DNA from: a virus
Taxonomy: Duplodnaviria > Caudoviricetes
Length of the DNA stretch: 46,789 nt
IMG/VR virus record: IMGVR_UViG_3300049472_000089
Location: 1-46,789 of that record
Strand: one strand, 5' to 3'
The notes beneath the pieces were generated by a model. It had not been told where the DNA came from, did not search any database, and was given only the letters and a program-made list of their open reading frames with translations. The position numbers and the translations under genes are program-made. Shown here piece after piece: positions 1 to 10,163 of this stretch (its first letter is position 1; every line of letters begins with the position of its first letter).

Positions 1-127
1 TCCGCAGCGGGGGCACAACCTTCTCACTGGGACATCTGCAAGGTGAACACGGGCGGGGTAGCGGCTGACCGCTATATCTACGCTACATGGTGCGATACGC
101 AACTGACTCCGACGAGCGGCGCAGACT
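1..127. repeat. Terminal direct repeat (identical to 46663-46789); assembly circularity overlap
   Basis: The first 127 nt match the last 127 nt exactly, fall inside a CDS, and equal a common assembler k-mer length. Confidence 0.93.
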
Positions 128-2478
128 TCATCATATTTAAGAACTATGTGGACTTCACGGCAAGTTTCACGCTGAAAGCCTACGCAGGTATCTCTACAGG
201 CAACAGAGGGTTCTGCGCGTGGGTATGCCGCAACCTAGACCCTACGCCTGACAACGTGGCTTTCATGCGTATCCCTGACACGATTGCTTCCTTGGTAACG
301 CTCCAGTTAGACGGGCTGGTCATTCTTTCCACTCATGGAGGGTTCAGGGCGGGGACTTCTACCAATCCTATCGCTGCCGACCTGTGCAAAATAGTGCTGC
401 CGACTCCTACGGTTGGGACGGTGGGCGGTAGTGGGTTCACAGACGCGGCAGCTTTTCAGGCTGGTGGCTCAGAAACGGCAAGATGCTCTCTATTCTTCTA
501 TGGTGTATCTCCTGCAAGACGCGAGGCAATCAGTACGGCGCAAGTCAACGTAGGTGCTACTGCGGTAAACGTTGACGATGTGACTGGTTTTGCAGTTGAT
601 GACTTCATCATGATAGGCAAGCGGCAGTCCTATCTTACCGATGAGTGTGGAGCGCCCCGACATCGCATCACGTCTATCGTGGGCAATACCATAAACTTCA
701 CGGCAGGGCTGCTCACAAGCCCGTCTATTGCTGGCGCGAAGGTCATCAAGACCTATAACAACGCCACGAACAATACAGGGTATGGCGTAAGCATACGTCG
801 CACAGGCGGCACGACTGCGTACAGCTTTGCATCCAGCACTGGGCTATTTTCCAACTTATTCTGTGTGGGTGTGTTTTTTGAGTTGGCTTACTTCCTAGGC
901 TCGAACAACCAAGCTTCGGTTGAAGATGCGGCCTATAACGCGGGCTACTATTTTGAAGATTGCATTATGCTCAACAGCACTGCGCTGAACAGCTACGGAC
1001 AAGCCTACGCACCATTCCTGCAATCCGGCCCAGCCCCTATTCGTGGGACGACATTTGACAACTGTATATTTACCAAGTCAGGCATAGTCGGCGGCTTTGT
1101 TTACGGCAACATTCTGTCAGGCAACCCAGCCGTGTCTTATGCTGGTGGCTTCCTTCGTTTATACGACATCACCATTATGCGCTGTCCTACGAATGGCGTG
1201 GTGAATGGAACTTTGGATTTTCCTAACTCAGCAGCAATTCCACAAGAAGGCGAGAACATTTACGTTGATAGTGTAGGTGCGGGGCGGGCTGGGCTTTTCG
1301 TCGGTGGGGTGAACTCACGTTGGGATGGTATCGAGGTGTGGGGCGCGAACGTAGGTACTGGCGGTAACTCCGGCGCGGTAAGGATTGCCAACCTGATTAA
1401 AGGTACAGTCAACGACGTAACAATTAATAGCTCGCTTGTAGGAATAAACTTCGAGGGCGTGAACTCGGATTCGGTTATAACCAACGTCACCTTTGGAAAT
1501 GAGGTGGCAAATACTTGGGACATCGCCTCTAACGGTAAGGCGTTCTCCGACGTGCAGATTAAGGGCATCACAGGCAATCCAGTTATTGATATGACAACCA
1601 TAGCCAATACTGCCGAAGCGACGCAGATAGGCTTCCAAGACGTGAACGCTGCTAATGTTGACTACACGCTGCAAACCTATGGCGACATTTACCGCACAGG
1701 CACGGGGCTGGCGGATACAACTGCCCATACTGCTGGCGGCTATGCAATGCGCTTCCAGCCAAAATCTAGCACGTCTGCAACCTACTGGCGGCAAGACTTA
1801 CCCGTTGGCAATATCCAAAGCCTAACCATGTCGCTGGGCGTGTGGATAAACATCAACAACGCTGCGTATTGGGCGGGGACACATCAGATGCCACGACTCA
1901 CCGTCACGTTCGATAATGGCGCGGATAGTGAATATGTTGAGGCAGCACAAGTTACAGGCTGGCAATTCATACAGACTGCCATCACTCCTACGACAACCTT
2001 TGGGCAGATTAGCATTGAGGTTTCAGGTAAAACCGATGCAGCAGGTAGCAATGCGTATTTCTATGTGGATGACTTCACCGCACCACTTCCGCAAGGCTCG
2101 AACCTCAATCTCGGCAGTATGGATTTGTGGTCAGGTGGATTACCTGTATCACCAGTGAATTTTGCCACTTCTATTTCAGCGGCAGATGTGTGGGCGGCTG
2201 ACCCGACTCAGTTCGGCGCGGGTACGGTGGGTGAGAAAGTAAATGGCATAGCCCTTAATGTTGCCGACATTCCGCTAGACGTTTGGAGCGAGGTCATGGA
2301 ATCGACATTTACGGCCAAAGAGCTTGTGCGCATCATGGCGGCAGTGCTGGCAGGCAAGGTGTCGGGGGCTGGCACGGGCACTGAGGTGTTTAGAAGCGTC
2401 GATGACACAAAAGACCGTTTAATCGCGAATGTAAGCGATGTTGGCAACCGCACGGCGATCACATTGGATGTCAGCTGA
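1..2478 (+). CDS. 3' part of a ~956-aa virion appendage/spike protein (beta-helix-like, putative carbohydrate-binding or depolymerase); true start at 46270
   Basis: Frame is continuous with ATG 46270 across the junction. G/N/T/V-rich with F-x-D/N-C-I repeats (YFEDCIM, TFDNCIF) typical of parallel beta-helix; compact C-terminal domain (LVRIMAAVLAGKVSG...GNRTAITLD). Confidence 0.65.
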   Translation, partial: SAAGAQPSHWDICKVNTGGVAADRYIYATWCDTQLTPTSGADFIIFKNYVDFTASFTLKAYAGISTGNRGFCAWVCRNLDPTPDNVAFMRIPDTIASLVTLQLDGLVILSTHGGFRAGTSTNPIAADLCKIVLPTPTVGTVGGSGFTDAAAFQAGGSETARCSLFFYGVSPARREAISTAQVNVGATAVNVDDVTGFAVDDFIMIGKRQSYLTDECGAPRHRITSIVGNTINFTAGLLTSPSIAGAKVIKTYNNATNNTGYGVSIRRTGGTTAYSFASSTGLFSNLFCVGVFFELAYFLGSNNQASVEDAAYNAGYYFEDCIMLNSTALNSYGQAYAPFLQSGPAPIRGTTFDNCIFTKSGIVGGFVYGNILSGNPAVSYAGGFLRLYDITIMRCPTNGVVNGTLDFPNSAAIPQEGENIYVDSVGAGRAGLFVGGVNSRWDGIEVWGANVGTGGNSGAVRIANLIKGTVNDVTINSSLVGINFEGVNSDSVITNVTFGNEVANTWDIASNGKAFSDVQIKGITGNPVIDMTTIANTAEATQIGFQDVNAANVDYTLQTYGDIYRTGTGLADTTAHTAGGYAMRFQPKSSTSATYWRQDLPVGNIQSLTMSLGVWININNAAYWAGTHQMPRLTVTFDNGADSEYVEAAQVTGWQFIQTAITPTTTFGQISIEVSGKTDAAGSNAYFYVDDFTAPLPQGSNLNLGSMDLWSGGLPVSPVNFATSISAADVWAADPTQFGAGTVGEKVNGIALNVADIPLDVWSEVMESTFTAKELVRIMAAVLAGKVSGAGTGTEVFRSVDDTKDRLIANVSDVGNRTAITLDVS

Positions 2479-2876
2479 TGAAATACTTTGGCGCTAAACA
2501 TTTTGGAGCCAAGCATTTCGAGCCAAGATTCTTTTCAGAGGCACCTGTCGAGAAAGAGGCGGCGCCTGGCGGCGGGTTCCGTAGACGCATTTATCGCAAG
2601 CACACAACCCCGAAGCCTGCCCCCGAGTCCAATCGCTCACGCAATCGGAGATTCAAGGATCTAGTCTTACGAGCGATAAGCCCACGTAAGCACATCGAGG
2701 AGCCGCAAGCAATAAGTTTGCAACGCCAAGATGAGGCCGCGCCGTCTATAGAAACTTACACCAGAAACGTGGCGGATAACGTCGATGCGTTCATACGCGA
2801 GCAGGAAAATATAACAAAATCAAAGAGAATGGCCGTTCTTCGTGACGACGAAGAGATTTTATTAATCTTATCGTGA
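2478..2876 (+). CDS. Hypothetical virion-module protein
   Basis: Translationally coupled (TGATG) to the upstream gene; FGAKHFGAKHF N-terminus and DDEEILLIL C-terminus. Confidence 0.7.
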   Translation: MKYFGAKHFGAKHFEPRFFSEAPVEKEAAPGGGFRRRIYRKHTTPKPAPESNRSRNRRFKDLVLRAISPRKHIEEPQAISLQRQDEAAPSIETYTRNVADNVDAFIREQENITKSKRMAVLRDDEEILLILS

Positions 2877-2885
2877 CGAAAGCTG

Positions 2886-2914
2886 TTGACACCACGACTA
2901 TGCAGTGGCATTAT
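2886..2914 (+). promoter_or_regulatory. Possible sigma70 promoter for the scaffold/capsid genes
   Basis: TTGACA-N17-CATTAT upstream of the scaffold gene. Confidence 0.35.
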
Positions 2915-2970
2915 TCTGTACGGAAGCAACGCTATAACGGCGTTGTGCCTAACAAAAATAAGGTGTCAAT

Positions 2971-4110
2971 ATGCCGGTCCCACCAACCGACGAGCTTGAG
3001 AAACAAGGCCACGTCGATGAAAACCTCGATAATGGCCAAGACTCTCAGCTCTCTGAGAATACACAGGACGTAAATACCGCAGACTCGTCCGCCGCGGAAG
3101 TGACCGAAAAACCCTCCATGCTTGATGCCGTTAAATCGGCACTAAGCGCGGGAGAAGAGCAATCGTCCGGCTCTGGCGATGAGAAAGGTGCAGAGGCAGC
3201 CGCAGAAGCAGCTACTGACGAATCGCAAGATAAGTCAAAAGCCGCCGAAGGGGATGACCTTGGCGATGTAACCCAGGAAGAACTCCAAAGTTATCCAGCC
3301 AAAACTCGTCGCCGCGTTAAACAGCTCCTCGAACGGGCTAAAGGTGCAGAGACAGAGATTTCTACTCTGAAACCAGTAGCCGAGCGCATGGCGCGGATTG
3401 AGTCTTTCGTTGCAGAGAATAATCTGTCGAAGGACAATTTGAACACCCTCTTTGACGGGGCTGTGAAGCTCAAGAAAGGCGGGTTGACAGATGATGATTT
3501 CCGCACAGGTGTAGAGATGATGCTTGCGGTCAATAACGATCCTGCCCGCGCCTATCAACTCCTTACACCGCTCATGCAGAGCCTTGCCGCACTAGCGGGC
3601 GAGGTGCTCTCTCCTGATTTGGCCGAAGAGGTCAAAGCGGGGGTCATCAGCGAGGAGCGAGCTTTGGAAATATCACGCGCGCGTGCTACTCGAGTCGTTA
3701 CGACTCACCAGAAGACGCAAGCGGAAGAACAGGCGGAGGCCGAAGCGTTAGCGCAGAAGCAGTCCGAACTGGCAAACCAAGGCAACGCGGTAGCGACGGC
3801 GATAACCAATTGGGAAAATACCTGGCAGAAACGCGACCCGGATCATGGCCATAAGCATGCCTTGTGGCGCGAGAAGATGGATATTTACGTTGCGCGTATT
3901 GAGATGGGTAAAGAGCCGATTCCTGATGCAAAAACTATTGTCGCGAAGGCAGAGCAATTTCAAAAGGAAGTCACGGCTACTCTTTCCAAGATGCGACCAG
4001 CTAGAAATCCGATTCGTAGCACTCCCACAGGCGTAAACACTGTAACTGGCGCTAAAGCTGTACCCGGCTCTTTGAAAGATGCTATAAGTGGAGCATTAGC
4101 CCGCGCTTAA
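2971..4110 (+). CDS. Putative scaffolding protein
   Basis: Acidic disordered N-terminus, helical/coiled-coil core, directly upstream of the MCP. Confidence 0.7.
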   Translation: MPVPPTDELEKQGHVDENLDNGQDSQLSENTQDVNTADSSAAEVTEKPSMLDAVKSALSAGEEQSSGSGDEKGAEAAAEAATDESQDKSKAAEGDDLGDVTQEELQSYPAKTRRRVKQLLERAKGAETEISTLKPVAERMARIESFVAENNLSKDNLNTLFDGAVKLKKGGLTDDDFRTGVEMMLAVNNDPARAYQLLTPLMQSLAALAGEVLSPDLAEEVKAGVISEERALEISRARATRVVTTHQKTQAEEQAEAEALAQKQSELANQGNAVATAITNWENTWQKRDPDHGHKHALWREKMDIYVARIEMGKEPIPDAKTIVAKAEQFQKEVTATLSKMRPARNPIRSTPTGVNTVTGAKAVPGSLKDAISGALARA

Positions 4111-4135
4111 CCTGTACCCTGGGAGGGGTTGAATT

Positions 4136-5182
4136 ATGCCTTTATCATTACAAGAACTCGATAACGTAGCAAACGCCGCGTTAGACTACCATTTGTCAAA
4201 AGGTGAAGTGTTTTCAAGCACCATCCAAGACAAGCCTTTACTGCGTGAGATGACCAACCGCCGCAAGACTTTTCCAGGCGGCAAAGGCAACATCACTGTA
4301 CGCGTAAAAGGCGATTACGCTACGACTGTGCAAGGCTATTCTGGTGACGATACCGTTACCTACAAAAACCCTGCGAATATCAAAACCGCAACATTTCCAT
4401 GGAAAGAGTTGCATTGGGGTATTCAAGTTACACTGACCGAGCTGAAAGAAGATGGTATTTCTATCAGCGACACTACTGACGGCACTGGCGAATCAGAGCA
4501 CAGCGACCGCGAAGCAACAGTTTTGGCTAACTTGTTCCAAGATAAGATCGAGGACATGGCCGAAGGCTCTGCGCGTGATCTGAACCGTATGTACTGGCTG
4601 GATGGTACTCAGGATGGTAAAAAAATCCCGGGCATTAAATCGTTCATCGTAGATGCGCCTACTTCTAGCGCTATCATCGGCGGCCTTGATCCAGTAGTAA
4701 ACACATGGTGGCAGAATCGCGCTAACCTTGCTATCGCTGTAGGTTCTGACCCTACTCAGCAAGTGCTGGTAAACTTCTTGCAAACTGAGCTGCGCCAATT
4801 GCGCCGTTACGGTTCGCCAGAACATATTGCGCTTTGCGGTTCGGACTTCCTGACACAGCTCGAGAAAGAATTGCGCGCTAAAGGCAATTACACTCTCGAG
4901 GGTTGGGCTAAGTCTGGCAAAATCGACATCGGCATGGCTGACGTGTCTCTCAAAGGCATTAACTTTGAGTATGACCCTACGCTTGACGATCTCGGCGAAG
5001 CTGCTCGTTGCTACATCATCGACGTGAAAAACGTCATGCCGATGGTTATGGATGGCGAGTACATGAAAAAGCACAATCCGGCACGTCCGCCAGAAAAATA
5101 CGTGCTCTATCGTGCAGTAACACTGACTGCGGGGCTTATCATTAAACAGCGTAATACGTCAGGCGTTTACAAAATCGTCTAA
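4136..5182 (+). CDS. Major capsid protein
   Basis: 348 aa after the scaffold, GGAGG RBS, followed by a hairpin; HK97-like pattern (MYWLDGT...GI, IGGLD...WWQN, GINFEYDP). Confidence 0.85.
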   Translation: MPLSLQELDNVANAALDYHLSKGEVFSSTIQDKPLLREMTNRRKTFPGGKGNITVRVKGDYATTVQGYSGDDTVTYKNPANIKTATFPWKELHWGIQVTLTELKEDGISISDTTDGTGESEHSDREATVLANLFQDKIEDMAEGSARDLNRMYWLDGTQDGKKIPGIKSFIVDAPTSSAIIGGLDPVVNTWWQNRANLAIAVGSDPTQQVLVNFLQTELRQLRRYGSPEHIALCGSDFLTQLEKELRAKGNYTLEGWAKSGKIDIGMADVSLKGINFEYDPTLDDLGEAARCYIIDVKNVMPMVMDGEYMKKHNPARPPEKYVLYRAVTLTAGLIIKQRNTSGVYKIV

Positions 5183-5194
5183 GACACTTGCGCA

Positions 5195-5226
5195 GAGGGG
5201 GTGACGGGAGTTCCTATCGCCCCCTC
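5195..5226 (+). terminator. Stem-loop after the MCP (terminator or mRNA stabiliser)
   Basis: GAGGGGGTGA...TCGCCCCCTC stem; weak U-tract. Confidence 0.5.
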
Positions 5227-5296
5227 GACGCAATCGTTTTGGTTGCATTAACCCTTTGGCAGAACGTTGCGATGGTCTGCCGGAAAGAGAAACATT

Positions 5297-6268
5297 ATGG
5301 CTGTCAATCAAATCGTCCAAACTTTCGCTCTTGCGTCAAACGTAGCAGCAAACGGCACTGTAGTTGTCGGGTACCCAGCGGTGCCATTCAACGCAAGCCA
5401 AAACTACTACCAGAACAATGCTCCGAACGCCAACCTCGGCTCGGGCAACTTCCAAATCTCTGATCGTAAGCACACGCTTAAAATCGGAAACAACATTTAT
5501 AACTACCCTAAAGATTTCACGCTGTCGTTTGGCAACGTGTCTGCGGGTATCACTATCACCAACAAGACTGCTTCTGCATGGCCTGCTGGCTCGCAAGCGG
5601 CTCTGGGTCTTGATCTGAATGGTTCGTTGGTAAACAGCACTGCGCCGGTGTCTTCGACACGCGTAGTTCCGTTGCGCGAAGTGTTCCTTGATCTTGGTTC
5701 GCCAGTGGTTGCGGCGGTTGCAGGTGTTGCAGCAGTCCAATTGGTTGGCGCGGCAGGCAACTTAACGCTGAACGGCCCTACTGTTTCTGGCGGCGTTGCC
5801 TATCTTGACGTACCACGCAACTTCACTCTCACTGTGGCTACCACCGACCACTCTGCTCGCACTTTCACAGTGTACGGCAAAGATGAGTACGGTGCTTCCA
5901 TGGTGGAGACCCTTGCAGGCCCTAACAACAACACCGTATCAGGCAAAAAAGCATTTGCTTCGATTTCGCGCGTTGCAGTTGACGGGGCTATTGCCACCAA
6001 CGGCGTGTCGGTGGGTTACGGTACCGCTCTCGGCTTGCCGCTCGCGGTTCGTAAAGCTGGCCAGATCACCAAAGAGTTGCAAGATGGTGCGGCTGCTACC
6101 GCAGGCACTTTTGCGTACGCTTTGGACAACGCGGCGTCAACAGCCACCACTGCTGACGTGCGGGGAACTTATATCCCTAACTCAGCGTCGGATGGTGCTA
6201 AAGGATTGCTCATTGGCGTCCTTATATCAGATGGCTCTGACATCGGTGTTGCTCAATACACCGTCTAA
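5297..6268 (+). CDS. Minor capsid/decoration-like structural protein
   Basis: A/G/T/V-rich beta-type protein right after the MCP; start MAVNQ at 5297 after a purine-rich RBS. Confidence 0.6.
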   Translation: MAVNQIVQTFALASNVAANGTVVVGYPAVPFNASQNYYQNNAPNANLGSGNFQISDRKHTLKIGNNIYNYPKDFTLSFGNVSAGITITNKTASAWPAGSQAALGLDLNGSLVNSTAPVSSTRVVPLREVFLDLGSPVVAAVAGVAAVQLVGAAGNLTLNGPTVSGGVAYLDVPRNFTLTVATTDHSARTFTVYGKDEYGASMVETLAGPNNNTVSGKKAFASISRVAVDGAIATNGVSVGYGTALGLPLAVRKAGQITKELQDGAAATAGTFAYALDNAASTATTADVRGTYIPNSASDGAKGLLIGVLISDGSDIGVAQYTV

Positions 6269-6278
6269 TGATAAGGTG

Positions 6279-6307
6279 AAGGGCGGGAGCTTCGGCTCCT
6301 GCCTTTT
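6279..6307 (+). terminator. Intrinsic terminator
   Basis: GGGCGGGAGC-TTCG-GCTCCTGCC-TTTT, with a cUUCGg tetraloop. Confidence 0.8.
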
Positions 6308-6327
6308 AACTTATTTAGGAGATCGCG

Positions 6328-6777
6328 ATGCACACGTACAAAGCAACTATCCGCCTTAATGGCAAATTAGAAAACGAGGTGCTAAAAGAGCACCTGTCAG
6401 CCCCAGAAGTCCTACTACTCCGCAAGATTCACGGCAGTGATGCTGTCGTCAAGGTTGAGGCAGACGGATATTGGGAAGAGCACTTCGGAGTGCAGACTAT
6501 TCGCCACGAAAACGGCGAAAAAGAAACTGTCGAAAATGAATATGACGACGACGTAGAGAAATCACGTCTGGCGCGTGTTTACGGGGAAGCTATCATGGAA
6601 GATAACGACCACGGTATTCCTCGCAATGCAATCGACCGCATGTTTGGCGAATTTGCGCCATTGCCAGCAGAATTGCCAGAATTCAAGAAAGCGCGTAAAG
6701 CGGCAGCAGCTGAGAATGTGGCCGCAGCAACCGCGCCTAAGAATAAAGCTAAAGACAACCTTGGAAAAGTAGCGTAG
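6328..6777 (+). CDS. Hypothetical protein (structural module)
   Basis: AGGAG RBS; 149 aa. Confidence 0.75.
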   Translation: MHTYKATIRLNGKLENEVLKEHLSAPEVLLLRKIHGSDAVVKVEADGYWEEHFGVQTIRHENGEKETVENEYDDDVEKSRLARVYGEAIMEDNDHGIPRNAIDRMFGEFAPLPAELPEFKKARKAAAAENVAAATAPKNKAKDNLGKVA

Positions 6778-6784
6778 GAACGAT

Positions 6785-7495
6785 ATGGCCCGTGGAACAC
6801 AGCTGACCGAATTACGAAAAATGCTTCGTGCAGAAGCGGGCCACTCCACACTTGTGTCAGCGGGGGTGGATAACCTCCCTGCGCTTGACCAGAAGCTGCG
6901 CCGCACGCAGCAAATGCTGAACGACGATTATGACTGGCCTTACATGCAGATTAAGCCGCTCTTGGACTTAAACGCAGGGCAGCGCTACTACGATCTTGCC
7001 GAGATGGGGCTCGAATCAATCGACAAAGTGGTTCTTTGGTATAACGGCCAATCGCGCGCCATAACGCGAGGCATCGGGCCTGCCGAGTACGACCAATATA
7101 ACTCAGAAGATGACGAACGCAGTAGCCCTGTGCGTAATTGGGACATTGTCTCGACTGGCGACGTTACGGGTTCGAGCGCGCATCTCGAACAATTAGAAGT
7201 ATGGCCAATCCCCGACGTTGGAGATATGCAGTTGCAATTTTTCGGCAAACGGGTGTTGCGCCCTCTTATTGCCGCCGATGACGTATGCGACCATGACGAT
7301 CTTGCAATCGTTTTGGTAGCAGCCGCCGACCTTCTTGCATCACAAGAGGACGCTTCTGCGAAACGGGTTGAAGGCGCCGCAAATAAACGCATCGCGCAGA
7401 TACGCGCGCGCACTAAAGGCGGGACGGAGAACACTTCAATGGGCACGACTCGGCCGGTGCCCATGATAGGGCGGCCAATCATTCGCGTGCAGTGA
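6785..7495 (+). CDS. Head-tail adaptor / tail tubular protein A-like
   Basis: Position after the capsid genes; motifs YDWP, G-x-x-Y-Y-x-L, LEVWPIPD typical of podovirus adaptors. Confidence 0.7.
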   Translation: MARGTQLTELRKMLRAEAGHSTLVSAGVDNLPALDQKLRRTQQMLNDDYDWPYMQIKPLLDLNAGQRYYDLAEMGLESIDKVVLWYNGQSRAITRGIGPAEYDQYNSEDDERSSPVRNWDIVSTGDVTGSSAHLEQLEVWPIPDVGDMQLQFFGKRVLRPLIAADDVCDHDDLAIVLVAAADLLASQEDASAKRVEGAANKRIAQIRARTKGGTENTSMGTTRPVPMIGRPIIRVQ

Positions 7496-7506
7496 GGTGA
7501 CGCAAA

Positions 7507-9609
7507 ATGGCTTATCTCGTAATCCAAGATTTTAAGATAGGAATGGACCGACGCAAGGCGCGCATCACGGGGCAACCTGGCGCGTTATGGGTGGGGAGAA
7601 ACGGTCATATCAGTAGGGGCGGCGACTTTGAGTGCCGCAAGAAGTTCGTGAGCACTTATGCGCTCCCAGCTAACACCACCAAAGGTTTGGCAGTGGTAGC
7701 AGGGCAGCTTTTCGTATTCGGCGCTAGTGCATCACCAGGGACAATCCCTGCGGGGGTGAACTATCAGCGCTTGCAGCACCCATCGAGCGGCTCAGCGGCT
7801 ATTACAGAAATAAAAAGCGTTACATCTTTTAGCGGAAAGCTATATGTGGTTGCGCTGTTCGACGACGGTAACACGTACCATTACTACGATGGCGCACGCG
7901 TCACAGCTTGGGATAGCATCGCCGCTGCAGTATCGAGCAACAACGCGGTGGCAACGGCTCTCGCCGCAAGAATTGACGCCGAGACAACCTTCACAGCAAG
8001 CGCAGTCGGCGCAGTCGCTACTATCACTGCAGCAGTGGCAGGAACGCCTTTTTCAATAAGCCAGAGTACGATTAACGGCGGTTCTAACCCCGACCAGACT
8101 ATAACGCTCGCCGAGACACAGGCTAACCGTGTTGCGGTAGCAGAGCAGCTCGCCATTGCCACTCTGACAGTCACAGGCGGCACGAATAACCCCGGCGTCA
8201 ATCGCATCACTGGTATCACGATCAACGGCGTGCAAGTGCTCGGCGCGAACGTGAATTGGGCGACCTCAAATAGCGCAACCGCCACCGCGATAGCTGCGCA
8301 GATAACTTCGTACAGCTCTACGCCAGAATACACAGCGGTTGCGGTTGGCCCTGTTGTCACAATCAGCGCGGCAGCTGGCACCGGAGCGGGGCCAAACGGC
8401 TTTGTCGTCACGCCGACCAATGGTGGCGACATGACAACTTCTAACACCAATATGGGCGGCGGCATTACTGCCGTAACGGCGCAGGCACAAATCGCGACAG
8501 CGACAATCGGCGGCACCTTCGAGGCGGCGGACATATTCACCATAAATTTGAATAGCACGGATTATACCGTATCGGGCGCTGCGGCCGGAACGGGCACTAT
8601 GGCGCTCACCTACCAACAAAAGATATACAGCGTCACGAATTCGCTGCTTTACTTCTCGGCGTTGAATTCTCCTGCCAGCCCAGGCGCCGGTGTCGGTGGT
8701 GGGTTCATAAATATGGCCAACCAGAATGAGGGTAACGAGACGCTCATAACGCTGCAAGAATATCAAGGCAAACTTGCCATATTCAGTCGCAACTCTATCC
8801 GCATTTGGAACATGGATGTTGACCCTGCATTGAACGTGTTTCAACAAACCGTGCAGAACAGCGGCGCCTTATCGTCGCGAAGCGTAATCCCTTATGGCAA
8901 CATCGACGTGTTTTATCTGAACGATTCGGGCGTGCGCAGTTTGCGCGCGCGAGATTCATCCAACAGCCCAGCGGTAAACGACGTGGGCGTCGCTATTGAT
9001 CCGTTCTTGCGCGAATACCTCGATACGCTCTCAGACACGCAGATTCAACGTGCCGTGGCCATAATCGAGCCGCTCGACAGCCGTTATTGGCTGGCAGTCG
9101 CTAAGCGCATATTTGTCTTCTCGTACTTCCCTGGTTCAAAAATCAACGCGTGGACGTATTACGATTTATCGCCAGAGCTGGGAAGCGCCGACATCTCAGA
9201 AGTGGTGAAAGTGAATAATCAAGTGTTTGTGCGTGCGGCCGACACGATATATTTGTATGGCGGCGCGGCGGGGGCAACGTACCCGACAGACGCTGATGTG
9301 GTAGCAGGGGCTTACGCCGAGTTGGCAACGCCGTATTTGTCGGCTGGTACTCCTGCCACTTGGAAAGGCACTACCGGTTTTGATATTGGCGTGGAAGGCA
9401 CGTGGAAAGCCGACCTGCTTATTGACCCGTCGGATGAGAGCGTAGAAGTGCCGGTCGGCACCTTTAACAAGCCAACGTTTGCACAACCAAAAATGGCAAC
9501 AAGCGCCACGCCTACGCCTATGTTCGCCATGAAATTGCGCACCACCAAGGGCGGCTATAGCCGCATAAGCATGCTGGCAGCTCACTATAAGGCGGAGCAA
9601 GCGCAATGA
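7507..9609 (+). CDS. Tail nozzle / tail tubular protein B-like with an inserted Thr/Ala/Gly-rich domain
   Basis: 700 aa, follows the adaptor; DFKIGMD N-terminus; beta-propeller-like segments (LYFSA, LAIFSRNSI, VFYLNDSGVRSL). Confidence 0.7.
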   Translation: MAYLVIQDFKIGMDRRKARITGQPGALWVGRNGHISRGGDFECRKKFVSTYALPANTTKGLAVVAGQLFVFGASASPGTIPAGVNYQRLQHPSSGSAAITEIKSVTSFSGKLYVVALFDDGNTYHYYDGARVTAWDSIAAAVSSNNAVATALAARIDAETTFTASAVGAVATITAAVAGTPFSISQSTINGGSNPDQTITLAETQANRVAVAEQLAIATLTVTGGTNNPGVNRITGITINGVQVLGANVNWATSNSATATAIAAQITSYSSTPEYTAVAVGPVVTISAAAGTGAGPNGFVVTPTNGGDMTTSNTNMGGGITAVTAQAQIATATIGGTFEAADIFTINLNSTDYTVSGAAAGTGTMALTYQQKIYSVTNSLLYFSALNSPASPGAGVGGGFINMANQNEGNETLITLQEYQGKLAIFSRNSIRIWNMDVDPALNVFQQTVQNSGALSSRSVIPYGNIDVFYLNDSGVRSLRARDSSNSPAVNDVGVAIDPFLREYLDTLSDTQIQRAVAIIEPLDSRYWLAVAKRIFVFSYFPGSKINAWTYYDLSPELGSADISEVVKVNNQVFVRAADTIYLYGGAAGATYPTDADVVAGAYAELATPYLSAGTPATWKGTTGFDIGVEGTWKADLLIDPSDESVEVPVGTFNKPTFAQPKMATSATPTPMFAMKLRTTKGGYSRISMLAAHYKAEQAQ

Positions 9610-10094
9610 CCAAAGCAGTTTTCACCCATCGCGATATGGAGGAAGCGGATTTGGAGTACATAATGGCCGAAATGTGGGGGCCAGGCGCAGCGGAATTTGA
9701 TCTTATCGGGATAACCGACGCAAAGGCGCTCATGACAAAGATATGCACGACCTCAGACCGCGCTTGGGCTTTTTTGGCTGACGGCAATGCGGTGGCAATC
9801 TGCGGGGTGCAGAAAGACGAAGAAGGCACTTACTACACGTGGTTTATGGCCACTCCTTCGATAGCAGAGGTAGGCGGTGAGTTCACTCTATGGCTGCGCG
9901 GTTTCTGTAGGGAGAAGGTGGAGCAAGGCGACGCTGAAAGCAGTGAAGTAAAGCTCGAGATGCGCTCTGCGTCGCAGCACCCGAATAGCGACCGCTGGTT
10001 CAAGGCATTGCGATTTGAGAAGTACGCAGAAGAAGGCATCTTCAAGTTTTATCGCTACAACCCGAAAAATAAATTGACGACTTCCGCCAAATAG
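9606..10094 (+). CDS. GNAT-like virion assembly protein (positional analog of T7 gp13)
   Basis: Lies between the nozzle and ejection genes; ends with RWFKALRF, a GNAT-like W-x-x-x-L-G-F variant. Confidence 0.55.
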   Translation: MTKAVFTHRDMEEADLEYIMAEMWGPGAAEFDLIGITDAKALMTKICTTSDRAWAFLADGNAVAICGVQKDEEGTYYTWFMATPSIAEVGGEFTLWLRGFCREKVEQGDAESSEVKLEMRSASQHPNSDRWFKALRFEKYAEEGIFKFYRYNPKNKLTTSAK

Positions 10095-10163
10095 TAGAAT
10101 ATAGATGTTGAAAATGGCCGCAAGGACACTCGCCCTGTCAGAAAGTTCCTTAATGAGGGCGCC

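Noticed and set aside
1-127. 127-bp terminal repeat as a biological DTR
   Set aside because: It falls mid-gene and equals a typical assembler k-mer; it indicates circularity only
5183-5296. Capsid read-through or frameshift extension
   Set aside because: No slippery site seen, an in-frame stop follows shortly, and the next gene has its own RBS
10074-10100. TTGACG...TAGAAT promoter before the ejection genes
   Set aside because: Spacer is only 15 bp; not supported without data
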